Position numbers and translations under genes: made by a program. The notes beneath the pieces were generated by a model. The model ran no database searches and was not told the DNA's origin. It saw only the letters and a program-made list of their open reading frames with translations. DNA of 64,000 bases from a virus. Of this stretch, positions 38,561-48,009 are shown one piece after another. Every line of letters begins with the position of its first letter. The first letter of the stretch is position 1. The DNA lies in IMG/VR virus record IMGVR_UViG_3300014775_002125, positions 66,965-130,964 of that record; one strand, 5' to 3'.

Positions 38561-39088
38561 ATGGTCGAACTGGAAATCTCTGAGGAAACTTTAAGAAAAG
38601 CTAAAGAAAAGGCTGAAGAAATGGGTAGGCTGCGGAATTCCATTACTAAAGGTCTTGGTAATCTTGCGGGTTTCGTCGGTGAAGAGGTACTTAGAAACTA
38701 CATTGACGGCATTGAGTCTAACACTTATGACTATGATATCGTTAAGGGTGGCTACAAGATCGATGTGAAGACTAAAAGAACTACAGTGAAACCCAAAGAT
38801 TACTATGAGGCGTCGATAGCTGCTTACAATACTCGCCAGAACTGTGATATTTATGCGTTCGTCAGGGTGCTTCAAGACTTCTCTAAAGCTTGGATATTAG
38901 GCTGGGAGTTTAAAAAAGATTACTTCGAGAGAGCTAGAAGGCTTTATAAAGGACAAACTGATGGCTCGAATAAATTCAAAGTGAAAGCTGATTGTTATAA
39001 TTTGAGATATTCAGAACTTCGACAGTTTAAAACACCACAGGAACGGAGGATTTATGAGTCGAGTGCAGAAAATGTTTCGACTAGCTAG
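38561..39088 (+). CDS. PD-(D/E)XK-like nuclease fold protein
   Basis: GE..YD..IDVKT motif. Confidence 0.55.
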   Translation: MVELEISEETLRKAKEKAEEMGRLRNSITKGLGNLAGFVGEEVLRNYIDGIESNTYDYDIVKGGYKIDVKTKRTTVKPKDYYEASIAAYNTRQNCDIYAFVRVLQDFSKAWILGWEFKKDYFERARRLYKGQTDGSNKFKVKADCYNLRYSELRQFKTPQERRIYESSAENVSTS

Positions 39089-39434
39089 AAGAGAAGCCGT
39101 CAAGTCGGATAGTAGGCATAAGCACGGTGCGATTCTAGCGAAGTCTACGAGGGTATATAATAGCTCTTATAATATTAATCGTTACTGTCAACTGGCTGAT
39201 CACCACAGAGAGGACGCTGGGCATGGTACGCTTCACGCTGAGATTGGAGCTATACTAGGAATTGATAGAAAAAAGTTGACAGGCGCCGATGTGTATGTTA
39301 TAAGATTATCAGCAAACGATGAGTTGGCTTACAGCAGGCCTTGTGAGATGTGTCAGCAAGTTTTGAAACATGTTGGTGTGAAACGTTGCTATTATTCAAT
39401 TTCGCAAGACGAATGGGGAGTGCTAAAGTTATGA
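39054..39434 (+). CDS. Cytidine/dCMP deaminase-family protein
   Basis: HGA, HAE and PCEMC zinc motifs. Confidence 0.85.
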   Translation: MSRVQKMFRLARREAVKSDSRHKHGAILAKSTRVYNSSYNINRYCQLADHHREDAGHGTLHAEIGAILGIDRKKLTGADVYVIRLSANDELAYSRPCEMCQQVLKHVGVKRCYYSISQDEWGVLKL

Positions 39435-40276
39435 GTGACGGCAAAGAGTGTAATAAATGTAAGGTCTACAAGCCTTACTCGGAGTTTAACAAGAGTGTTG
39501 CGAGTAAAGATGGGTACGTATATAGCTGCAAAGAGTGTCGCAAAGAATACTACAAGCAAAATAGAGAGAAGATGATTGAGAGGGAAAGAGAATACTACAA
39601 GCAGAACAAAGAGAGGATCGCTCAACGCCACAAAGAATACTATCAGAGAAATAAGGACAAGATTGCTGAGAAAGACAGAATCTACAGAGAAAACAATAAG
39701 GACAAGATTGCTGAGTATAAGAAGAGATGGAGAAGAGACAACAAAGAGAAGAACACTCAACGCCACAAAGAATACTATCAGCAGAATAAAGAGAGGATCA
39801 CTCAACGCCACAAAGAATACTATCAGCAAAACAAACAGAAGACCATAGAAAAGAACGCTGAGTACCAGAAAGAAAGGTATCAAAACGACCCAGCTTACAG
39901 GCTCAGAAAATTGGTTTCAGTGGTCGTCAGAGACGCACTAAATAACAACAACGGCAGCAAGGAAGGCAACTCTACTTGGGATGCTCTGCCTTACACTCCT
40001 CAGCAACTTAGGGAGCACCTAGAAGCTCAGTTCGAAGAAGGCATGACATGGGACAATTACGGACACGACGGCTGGCACGTTGACCACATCTACCCTCAGA
40101 GTTTGCTCCCATACGAATCGATGGATGATGATAACTTTAGATTAGCATGGGATCTCAGAAACTTACGGCCTCTTTGGGCCGCTGAGAATATCTCGAAAGG
40201 CAATGAAATCATAGAAGGTGCTGAAGAATTATTACTAGAGATTAAAAAAGATCTTGACAATAACTCAAAGGAGTAG
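39431..40276 (+). CDS. HNH endonuclease with Zn finger and 15-aa repeats (putative homing endonuclease)
   Basis: CNKC..CKEC; WHVDHIYP..NLRPLWAAENISKGN; 45-nt repeat units (39621, 39756, 39801). Confidence 0.8.
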   Translation: MSDGKECNKCKVYKPYSEFNKSVASKDGYVYSCKECRKEYYKQNREKMIEREREYYKQNKERIAQRHKEYYQRNKDKIAEKDRIYRENNKDKIAEYKKRWRRDNKEKNTQRHKEYYQQNKERITQRHKEYYQQNKQKTIEKNAEYQKERYQNDPAYRLRKLVSVVVRDALNNNNGSKEGNSTWDALPYTPQQLREHLEAQFEEGMTWDNYGHDGWHVDHIYPQSLLPYESMDDDNFRLAWDLRNLRPLWAAENISKGNEIIEGAEELLLEIKKDLDNNSKE

Positions 40277-40282
40277 TATAGT
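40254..40282 (+). promoter_or_regulatory. sigma70-type promoter
   Basis: TTGACA-17-TATAGT. Confidence 0.65.
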
Positions 40283-40355
40283 GAACACTAGTTGGCTAGA
40301 AGAGTTTAATCACATAAAGCAAAGCATCCTAGAGAAATGCAAGGAGGAAATTGAA

Positions 40356-40619
40356 ATGCGAAAAGAAGCTGTCAACCACCCCGCCCATTACAATCAAAAT
40401 ACGACAGAGACTATCGAAATTATTAAAGCTATGGGTTGTGCTGAAGCGTTTTGTCAAGGTAACATAGTCAAGTACATAACGAGATATAGATACAAAGGCG
40501 GTCTTGAAGATCTTAAAAAAGCTCAATGGTATCTTGGTTATTTGATTAAAATGCAGGAAGAACAAGAAAAAAACAAAGAGCAACCCGAAGAGATCTGGAA
40601 CAAAGCAGAAATTATCTGA
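40356..40619 (+). CDS. DUF3310-family protein
   Basis: VNHPAHY, GNIVKYITRYRYKGGLEDLKKAQWYL. Confidence 0.85.
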   Translation: MRKEAVNHPAHYNQNTTETIEIIKAMGCAEAFCQGNIVKYITRYRYKGGLEDLKKAQWYLGYLIKMQEEQEKNKEQPEEIWNKAEII

Positions 40620-40628
40620 GAAAAAAGC

Positions 40629-40657
40629 TTGACAGGGAGTCTCGTAGGATATATAAA
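40629..40657 (+). promoter_or_regulatory. sigma70-type promoter
   Basis: TTGACA-17-TATAAA. Confidence 0.6.
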
Positions 40658-40701
40658 GGACTCAAGACGGCAATAAGGCCACAAAGAACTAGGAGGGCGC
40701 T

Positions 40702-41100
40702 GTGAATTTTGAAGAGCAGATGCAGGAAGCAATGACAACAACTGAGGAGAACACTACAATGACACTACAGGAAGAATTCGGAATGGAAGAGGAGTTCGGA
40801 ATGGAAGAAAGCAATGGACCAGTAACTTCTAGGTCGAAAGATGAGCATGTCCAGAATTTCATTAAACTGCTCGTCGAGACGCATAAGAAAATCGAGGTGC
40901 TTAAGGACCAGATCGCTCTTTACAAAGAACACGTCAAAGATACTAAGAAAAGCTATGTGGAGAACGATTGGTTAGACAAGGTTGAGCTTAAAGTAGCAGA
41001 GAAAGTCCATAAACTTCTCGTGAAGGATCAAGGTGATGAGATCGACATGATGGTCAAAATTCGTGAGATTGCTGGAGATCTTGTCCGGCCTACAGAATAA
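40702..41100 (+). CDS. Hypothetical coiled-coil protein (possibly DsbA/GapR-like DNA binder)
   Basis: AGGAGG RBS; helical pattern. Confidence 0.4.
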   Translation: MNFEEQMQEAMTTTEENTTMTLQEEFGMEEEFGMEESNGPVTSRSKDEHVQNFIKLLVETHKKIEVLKDQIALYKEHVKDTKKSYVENDWLDKVELKVAEKVHKLLVKDQGDEIDMMVKIREIAGDLVRPTE

Positions 41101-41127
41101 CTAACAACGGACATAAGGAGTTTAATC

Positions 41128-41454
41128 ATGATGTTTTCAGTTAACGGTTGGGTGCAGTTGGATATGTTTGAGGGTGACTTGGAAGATTTTGGGCTCGCAA
41201 GTGATCATGTGGATCGCTTGGTGACGCTACCAGTACTCGACTATTCCTATGAGGTCGATGAGGTGGTCGTTGCTAATCTTCAGGGTAATCTCTCAGAGGT
41301 TCCCGTGGTTGATTCGATGGACGTTGTTTGCCTCGCTAATAGTGTTCATACTCTCTGGAACGCCGACGCTGAGGAGTTCGAGTATTATGTAAAGAAAGAG
41401 CATATTGTTAAGGTGATCTTCTGGGGCGACGAGGACGAGGAGGTTGCAGAATGA
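41128..41454 (+). CDS. Acidic hypothetical protein, possible diverged GroES-like co-chaperonin
   Basis: Size; N-terminal FSVNGWVQL and C-terminal YYVKKEHIVKVI loosely resemble the GroES ends. Confidence 0.3.
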   Translation: MMFSVNGWVQLDMFEGDLEDFGLASDHVDRLVTLPVLDYSYEVDEVVVANLQGNLSEVPVVDSMDVVCLANSVHTLWNADAEEFEYYVKKEHIVKVIFWGDEDEEVAE

Positions 41455-42245
41455 ACCATGAGCATGAAAAGATTTCCTACGATCTTTACGGTGATGGTAT
41501 CGGTAGGGTTGAGTTGATTCAATCTACTGGCACCGATGAGACCGTTGTCAGATCTGCTCGTGTTTCTTTCGGGCGCGATGGAGCTAAAGAGGAATTGACG
41601 GATCGTGATAAGAAGCTCATTAACTATCTTATCAAACACCAGCATACGTCAACCTTGGAGCACTGTTCGATTACTTGTAGAATTACTGTTCCGTTGTTTG
41701 TTCGTAGTCAGCATCACAGGCATCGCACTTGGAAATACAATGAGATTTCAAGAAGATACACTGACATGGACTTAGCGTTTTACGAGCCCAAAGAGTTCAG
41801 AACACAGCACAAGTCTAACAGGCAAGCTAGTAATCCTGATGACACTATCAACCCGCACATCCACGGAGATACTGTCAGTGAGTTAGTAAAAGAGCACCAT
41901 GAGTATTCTTTGAGCCTGTACAATGATATGATGGAGGCTGGGGTGTGTCGTGAACAGGCTCGCGGTGTCCTCCCTCAAAACCTTTACACAACCTACTGGG
42001 CTACGGTAGATCTGAACAACCTCTTTAAGTTTATTTGCTTGAGGTTGCATGAGGGCGCCCAGTGGGAGATTCAAAAGATTGCTGAGGCGCTCTTTAGAAT
42101 GTCCTTTAAGCTCTGGCCGTACACTAGTGAAGCTCTTGCAAATAACTGCTGGGATGACTACACTAGAGGAAAGCTGCAAGAGATCCTAGAGGAAGAGAAG
42201 AGGTACGCTGCTCAGATGTCTTTTGATTTTATTGGCGGTTGTTAG
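41451..42245 (+). CDS. thyX: Flavin-dependent thymidylate synthase
   Basis: HTSTLEH, RHRTWKYNEISRRY, EQARGVLP, LRLHEGAQWEI. Confidence 0.95.
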   Translation: MNHEHEKISYDLYGDGIGRVELIQSTGTDETVVRSARVSFGRDGAKEELTDRDKKLINYLIKHQHTSTLEHCSITCRITVPLFVRSQHHRHRTWKYNEISRRYTDMDLAFYEPKEFRTQHKSNRQASNPDDTINPHIHGDTVSELVKEHHEYSLSLYNDMMEAGVCREQARGVLPQNLYTTYWATVDLNNLFKFICLRLHEGAQWEIQKIAEALFRMSFKLWPYTSEALANNCWDDYTRGKLQEILEEEKRYAAQMSFDFIGGC

Positions 42246-42251
42246 TGAGTC

Positions 42252-42887
42252 ATGAGAATACTATTAGGCAACTCTCTGGAGTGCCTTAAGCAGTTGCAAG
42301 AGCCTGAGCATTTGTTAGTTCTGTGGGAGGGTCGAGAAATCCTCCCTCAGAGCTACATGCCGGGCTACTCGGAGTCTATGGCTGACAAGTACCGTAAGTT
42401 ATTATTTAAGGCAGTTTTAGACGGCAAGGTAATAAATAGAACGCCAGCCCAGAAGATCCTCAAAGTAGACAATGAGCTTATCTTAAAAACACCATATGAA
42501 AAAGATAAAATTGTTGGCTTTGATGAGATCTGGGTGTATGATGAGAGCTACTGTAGGTATTTCCATGAAGCGCGTTGCAGGGTGTGGGGAGCGACTCTTT
42601 ACGATAGCTTCCAGTCAGACATTAGGCTACCAACAGCAAAACTAGACAAGGCTTGGAAAAACGGAGAAGTTGAATATACTGGCACTCCTTGGAATTATAT
42701 CACTCGCAGAAGGTTATTGGTGAAGGAGCCGATTGCAAGTTACGACAAGGTAGCAGCTAGAATGTACATGGAAGAGCAGTGTTATTATCTCATGACTAAA
42801 CAGCCCAACATCACCCACACCTTCCGCAGAAAACTACAACACCACAGACCCACCAATAGGAATATGAAAAATGTCCAATTCATCTAA
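42252..42887 (+). CDS. Hypothetical protein
   Basis: ORF in operon chain. Confidence 0.5.
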   Translation: MRILLGNSLECLKQLQEPEHLLVLWEGREILPQSYMPGYSESMADKYRKLLFKAVLDGKVINRTPAQKILKVDNELILKTPYEKDKIVGFDEIWVYDESYCRYFHEARCRVWGATLYDSFQSDIRLPTAKLDKAWKNGEVEYTGTPWNYITRRRLLVKEPIASYDKVAARMYMEEQCYYLMTKQPNITHTFRRKLQHHRPTNRNMKNVQFI

Positions 42888-43425
42888 GAGATTCGGAATT
42901 ATCCCAGCGGTCTCAGAGAAAAGATACCCGTTTCCTTTTCACGATGGTTTCTACCCAGTGGACCATAGAACATTGATGCATAAGAATTTAGAAAAACTTA
43001 AAGAAAAAGGCTGCGAGGTTGTTTATTGCATCGTTGAGTATGAGACTGATAACTACTTCAAAGATTATTATAGGCATCTTGCAGGGTACATGAACATGGC
43101 GATCTTTTATTTAGACTACCATGAGAACCACAGGATGTTTTGCACGGACCCCTTATGGCAATCTTTGTGGGCTATCAACACTGTATACAACACAAACAAT
43201 AAGATTTCTCGCAGTATGATTGCAGACTCTTATGTTATTACTGACTTCTTTGAGGATGCTTATAACTTCTTAGTGGTGGACGAGGGGGAAGCTAGGGTGT
43301 TCTACAAAGAAAATCTCAGAGAATTCAAAAGAAAAGCCTTGACTTCTTTAAAGGGTGAGGGTATAACTGAATTCAATTGGGAGAGACTACTAGCTGACTT
43401 AAAACAAACTGGAGGTGTTCTGTGA
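42871..43425 (+). CDS. Degenerate nucleotidyltransferase-like protein
   Basis: N-terminal GIIPA..R..FYPV..L..GC.VVYCIV resembles NTP-transferases, but GxGTR is missing. Confidence 0.3.
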   Translation: MSNSSKRFGIIPAVSEKRYPFPFHDGFYPVDHRTLMHKNLEKLKEKGCEVVYCIVEYETDNYFKDYYRHLAGYMNMAIFYLDYHENHRMFCTDPLWQSLWAINTVYNTNNKISRSMIADSYVITDFFEDAYNFLVVDEGEARVFYKENLREFKRKALTSLKGEGITEFNWERLLADLKQTGGVL

Positions 43426-43607
43426 TTCTTTTTTATTATTTGATGTTTACTCTTGGTACTTCACAGGTTCTTAGGCATATGTTGAAAACTGACGAGACTA
43501 TCCTACAATCTTGGGTGATGTTTACAGCAGTCTTCACTATGCTCTTGTCTATTCTGTGGTCTGTATGGTTCGTATTCTCTACTATCATTGGTTTCTTTGG
43601 AGGTTGA
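43422..43607 (+). CDS. Small membrane protein
   Basis: Two hydrophobic segments; GGAGG RBS. Confidence 0.55.
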   Translation: MILFYYLMFTLGTSQVLRHMLKTDETILQSWVMFTAVFTMLLSILWSVWFVFSTIIGFFGG

Positions 43608-43608
43608 T

Positions 43609-46600
43609 ATGGAACGCAAAGAATCTAAAATTAAGTTCGTAAATCTACATGCCCACTCTGTTCAAGGCTCTCACTTCGATGCTTATGGTCTTGCTGAGGA
43701 GCATATGGTAGCTGCTTGGGAGAATGGTCTTGAAGCGCACTCTCTGACAGACCACGGGAACATGATGGGTATCTCTCCAGCAATCCAACAAATCAAGAAG
43801 ATGGCTAAGGATGGGAAGAACCTCAAGCTACAATATGGAAACGAAGCGTACTTTATTGAGTCTATCAAGGACTGGCAGGAACTAAAAGATAGCTCTGCTG
43901 AGAAGACTAAAGATTCTGATAAGGTACAAAGTGAAGACGACCAGAAAGAGTTTAAGAGCCAACTAAGAAAGAAAAGACACCTAGTAATCCTTGCAAAGAA
44001 CGAGGTAGGGCTCAAGAACCTCTACAAAATTACTAGTGTGTCCCATGAAAAGCCATACATGTTCTACAAGCCTCGTGTTGACTTTGAGCTTCTGGAGAAA
44101 TACTCGGAAGGTCTCATCGTAACCTCAGCGTGTCTTGGTGGTGTTGCTGCGGGCTGTCTCTGGGATTTCTATGAGGCTCCCCCAGAAGATGCCCCGGAAG
44201 GTACAAAGGGAACTTTCAACCTTGAAGCCTCTCGTGTAGAAATGATTAGGGTTTTCAAAGAGTTTCAGAGGATTTTGGGTGACGACTTCTATGGAGAGGT
44301 GCAGTGGAATAAAGTACCTGAGCAGCACATCCTAAATCACATGGTTATCGACGTATGTTCTGAGCTTGGCATTGAGGTTATCTCTGCTGTAGACTGTCAC
44401 TATCCACGCAAAGAAGACTGGAAGGGCAGAGAGTACTACAAGCGCTTGGGATTCCTTGGGCGCAAGTGGATTCCTGAGTGGATCTCTAAGCCTGTCCCAG
44501 AAAACATTGATGACATGGACTACGAGATCTACATTAAGAATGGCGATGAGGTCTGGGAGTCTTACCTTAGATACAGGGAATACTCAGAGCAACCTTACGA
44601 TGATGACTTTGTGCTAAGAACCATTGAAAGAACCTACGAGTTGTCTCAAGAGAAGATCGAGGAGTTCTTTCCAGATACGACTGTTAAGTTCCCTCAGTTC
44701 GTTCTTAAGGATGGTGAGGATGCTGATGAGAAACTTGAGAAGATGGCTTGGGATGGTCTAAAAGAGTTCGGCCTTCACAACAACCAAGAGTATATTGAGA
44801 GACTTAACCATGAACTGGATGTTATTAAGAAGCTCAAGTTCTCTGCTTACTTCTTGACTACTAGTGAGATTCTGGAAGAAGGCCGTAAGATCATGCTTGT
44901 AGGTCCTGCTCGTGGTTCTGCTGGTGGCTCCTTGGTGTCCTTCTGTTGTAAGATTACTGAGATGGACCCTGTGAAGTATGGTTTGGATTTCTCACGATTC
45001 CTTAGAGAAGACCAGACAGACTTCCCTGATATTGATATGGACTTTGCTAGACGTGATGAGATGGTTAGTCACTTGCAAAAAGTCTGGGGGAAAGAATCTG
45101 TCGTAGCTATCACGAACCTTACAACACTTGGGGTCAAGAACACTATCAAGGATGTCTGTAAGTTGCTGGAGGTTCCTTTCCAAGAGGTCAACAGCATCAC
45201 CTCTAAGATGGATTTTGACGTCATTCCTAAAGCGAAAGAGAAACATGGGATTACTGCTGGTGTTTACTCTCCGACCTATGAGGAATACAAAGAGTTCTCT
45301 CAGCCCTTGCAGAATCTAATCGCTCGCTACCCAAAGGTCGATGAGATTGTTCCGTTGATTGTTGGACAGATTCGAGGGCGCGGTAAACATGCTGGTGGTA
45401 TTCTTATTGGAGACGACTTGACTGAACAGCTTCCTCTGATCAGTGTTAAGAGTGATTTCCAGTCTCCATGGATCGAGGGAATTAATGGGCGCCAACTAGA
45501 ACCTATGGGCTACCTGAAATATGACCTGCTTGCCATTAGCACTATGGACATGGTTGAGCGATGCATTGGACACATTCTCAGGGAGCAACTAGGACGTGAG
45601 GCCAGCTTTGAAGAGGTTCGCAAGTTTTATGATGAGAACCTGCACCCTTCTGTAGCTAACACAAAAGACTTGGAAGTTTGGGAGAATATCTTTCATGCTG
45701 GTAATTTCTTTCAAACATTCCAAGCTACTGCGGAGAATGCTCAAAACTTTATCAAGGAAGCTAAACCTACTAGTGTTGTAGATTTTGCAGCACTCACAAG
45801 TATTCAGCGTCCCGGCCCGCTTATGGCTGACGTTGATAAGCTCTACTTGGACCGTAAAGCAAACCCTGAAGCTATTACCTATGACCACCCTATCATTGAG
45901 GAGGTTCTCAGAGATACTTATGGGCTGCTAGTTTTCCAAGAGCAGATCTCTAACTTGGCTTACAGGCTTGGCGATGGGATTACAGAGAGTGATTCACAGA
46001 AGATTCGAAAGCTCTTGACAAAAACTGGACTAGGTGATACTGATAAAAAGCTAGAAGAGTACCGTAAGAAGTTTGTAAAGGGTTGTCACGATAAAGGGTT
46101 GAGCTATCAGAAAGCTAATAAGTTGTGGCGTGAGATGGCTAACTTTGCAAAATACGGATTCAACAAGTCACACGCTGTCAGTTACTCTCTGGTCTCTTAC
46201 ATGTGCGCGTGGCTAGCTCACTACTACCCTATACAATGGGCCGTGAGTGTTTTGAATAGTGTGAACACCGAGAAGATCGGACAAGCTATCTCAGACTGTC
46301 GCTCAAGAGGTTTTAAAGTGCGTGAAGCTAACGTCTTGACTTCTGGTATTGAGTGGAGCTATGAATTACCTAACACAATCATTCAGCCGCTAACAGGTAT
46401 CAAAGGAGTCGGTGAGAAAGCTGTTGAAGAGATTATCGCTAACAGACCATACACAGACCTTGAGGACTTCCTGTTTAACGACCGAACGGACTATAAGAAG
46501 GTTACTAAGGCCTCTCTGGGTAAGTTGGCACTAGTTGGAGCTATGGATGACTTGAAGGACGACAGGTTTGTTTCTGAGAGTCATTTCTACGAGGTCATCA

Positions 46601-47073
46601 ACCAAAGCCACAAGCGCACTGAGAAAGGCTATCAGAAGTTCTTGGACAGCATTGAGGAGCTTAAAAGTGAGTTTCCATATGATTGGAGCCGCGAAGAACG
46701 CATTCAGAATGTTAAGAAATTCTACTGTTACTATCCGTTTGACGTTGTGTTGTCTCCAGAGTTCCTACAAAGAATGAAGGACAATAACTGTCAGCCTATC
46801 TCGAAGTTCAACCCTGAGAACGGCGACAAGTTTTTGTGGTTCATTGTGGAGAGTGTTGTCACGAAGGCCACTAAAAACGGCAGAGAGTATTTGAAAATTA
46901 CAGCAATCGATAACGTAGGAGGCCGCAAGACTATCAGTCACTGGGGGTCTGTAAGAGACTGGATGCCGCTTGTGGACGTTGCTTATTATGGTATCTTGCA
47001 CTTCGATGGTCGTTTCGGTTACAGTTTCAAGAAGACTAAAAATCACAAGTCGGTCTTAAAATTAGCACAGTGA
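43609..47073 (+). CDS. dnaE: DNA polymerase III alpha subunit (family C)
   Basis: PHP NLHAHS/LTDHG; ARGSAGGSLV; PDIDMDF; KHAGG; KYDLL; VFQEQ; YGFNKSHA; IKGVG. Confidence 0.96.
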   Translation: MERKESKIKFVNLHAHSVQGSHFDAYGLAEEHMVAAWENGLEAHSLTDHGNMMGISPAIQQIKKMAKDGKNLKLQYGNEAYFIESIKDWQELKDSSAEKTKDSDKVQSEDDQKEFKSQLRKKRHLVILAKNEVGLKNLYKITSVSHEKPYMFYKPRVDFELLEKYSEGLIVTSACLGGVAAGCLWDFYEAPPEDAPEGTKGTFNLEASRVEMIRVFKEFQRILGDDFYGEVQWNKVPEQHILNHMVIDVCSELGIEVISAVDCHYPRKEDWKGREYYKRLGFLGRKWIPEWISKPVPENIDDMDYEIYIKNGDEVWESYLRYREYSEQPYDDDFVLRTIERTYELSQEKIEEFFPDTTVKFPQFVLKDGEDADEKLEKMAWDGLKEFGLHNNQEYIERLNHELDVIKKLKFSAYFLTTSEILEEGRKIMLVGPARGSAGGSLVSFCCKITEMDPVKYGLDFSRFLREDQTDFPDIDMDFARRDEMVSHLQKVWGKESVVAITNLTTLGVKNTIKDVCKLLEVPFQEVNSITSKMDFDVIPKAKEKHGITAGVYSPTYEEYKEFSQPLQNLIARYPKVDEIVPLIVGQIRGRGKHAGGILIGDDLTEQLPLISVKSDFQSPWIEGINGRQLEPMGYLKYDLLAISTMDMVERCIGHILREQLGREASFEEVRKFYDENLHPSVANTKDLEVWENIFHAGNFFQTFQATAENAQNFIKEAKPTSVVDFAALTSIQRPGPLMADVDKLYLDRKANPEAITYDHPIIEEVLRDTYGLLVFQEQISNLAYRLGDGITESDSQKIRKLLTKTGLGDTDKKLEEYRKKFVKGCHDKGLSYQKANKLWREMANFAKYGFNKSHAVSYSLVSYMCAWLAHYYPIQWAVSVLNSVNTEKIGQAISDCRSRGFKVREANVLTSGIEWSYELPNTIIQPLTGIKGVGEKAVEEIIANRPYTDLEDFLFNDRTDYKKVTKASLGKLALVGAMDDLKDDRFVSESHFYEVINQSHKRTEKGYQKFLDSIEELKSEFPYDWSREERIQNVKKFYCYYPFDVVLSPEFLQRMKDNNCQPISKFNPENGDKFLWFIVESVVTKATKNGREYLKITAIDNVGGRKTISHWGSVRDWMPLVDVAYYGILHFDGRFGYSFKKTKNHKSVLKLAQ

Positions 47074-47082
47074 AAAAAAGTC

Positions 47083-47111
47083 TTGACAATAACTCAGAGG
47101 TCTGATAGAGT
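47083..47111 (+). promoter_or_regulatory. sigma70-type promoter
   Basis: TTGACA-17-TAGAGT. Confidence 0.65.
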
Positions 47112-47149
47112 GTTTACAGGTTGATAGGAAAATATAAGGAGGAAAGACG

Positions 47150-47305
47150 ATGGATATTGTTAGTGCGTTATCAGTGCTGGTCGCTTTATGGAGCTTCTTT
47201 GAATTGCTAGACAGTCCCAATAGCTGGACGTTCAAAGCAACACTACTAGCTTCATCAGGGCTTTACATTCTAATTATGATCTTGCAGTATGGAGGGATTA
47301 TTTGA
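47150..47305 (+). CDS. 51-aa membrane protein not in the ORF track
   Basis: AAGGAGG RBS; MDIVSALSVLVALWSFFELL..LLASSGLYILIMILQYGGII*; TGATG coupling to the next gene. Confidence 0.65.
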   Translation: MDIVSALSVLVALWSFFELLDSPNSWTFKATLLASSGLYILIMILQYGGII

Positions 47306-47571
47306 TGGTGAAGATGGCTAAGAAGGCTAAGAAGGGTCGTAAAAAACCTAAGTGCGTGTCGTGTGGTAAAACTCCGAGAAGCAAGAAGGAGTTCGGAAAC
47401 TGGCGAATCCAAGCTAGTGAGACAGATATCAGTGTGATGTGTCTTCCCTGTTACGCAGAGTTTGCTGAAAGGATGGCAAATGAACAAGACAACGATACGA
47501 GTGACGGTGGACGAGCAGAGTTGGAAGCAGACGAAAGCGAATCTACAGTATCACAACTTGAAGAGTCCTGA
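47305..47571 (+). CDS. Small Zn-ribbon protein
   Basis: CVSC..CLPC; basic N-terminus. Confidence 0.55.
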   Translation: MVKMAKKAKKGRKKPKCVSCGKTPRSKKEFGNWRIQASETDISVMCLPCYAEFAERMANEQDNDTSDGGRAELEADESESTVSQLEES

Positions 47572-47743
47572 GTTTTTTGAGATTGTTTTCAGGATGTTCA
47601 ATGAGAAAGACCCAGAGTTTATGTGTGGATTCTTGAGATATCTTGAAAAAACTAAGAGAATAAGTCAAAAAGAACAACAAAAATTGACGTTATTGCAAAG
47701 ACAAACAATATTTAAAGGAGACGAAGAGAGTGATTTGGAGTAA
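47480..47743 (+). CDS. Hypothetical protein (RHH-like N-terminus)
   Basis: IRVTVDEQSW strand-helix pattern. Confidence 0.4.
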   Translation: MNKTTIRVTVDEQSWKQTKANLQYHNLKSPEFFEIVFRMFNEKDPEFMCGFLRYLEKTKRISQKEQQKLTLLQRQTIFKGDEESDLE

Positions 47744-47990
47744 AACTAAGGAAGGCGATAGTTATCTAATGTGCAAACACAAGGCTCTGAAAGACTTGGA
47801 GCCCTGTAAGAACACTAATTGTAGAATGCATATGGACTATGAGGACGAGTTGAATTGTGTGTTTGTTTCATTACAACTCAACGAAACCCTAGAGCCCCAT
47901 GAGATCACTGAGAGAACTAAGGTCAGGCCAAGCTGTCAATCAAAAGCACTCTCTAAGTTTAAACAGAAATTTAACGTTCTTCATAAATGA
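47730..47990 (+). CDS. Cys-cluster protein with degenerate sigma-region-4-like HTH
   Basis: C..C..CR..LNC, then EITER..KALSKF. Confidence 0.35.
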   Translation: MIWSKTKEGDSYLMCKHKALKDLEPCKNTNCRMHMDYEDELNCVFVSLQLNETLEPHEITERTKVRPSCQSKALSKFKQKFNVLHK

Positions 47991-48009
47991 CATGTCACAG
48001 GAGAAAACA

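Noticed and set aside
39541-39840. CRISPR-like array suggested by regularly spaced repeats (also at 48200-48400 and in MORN genes)
   Set aside because: All are in-frame coding repeats with periods divisible by three; no unique spacers or cas genes.
43609-47073. Inteins or introns in dnaE, nrdJ, terminase or helicase
   Set aside because: Lengths are ordinary, motifs are contiguous, and no C...HN splice junctions or LAGLIDADG blocks were seen.
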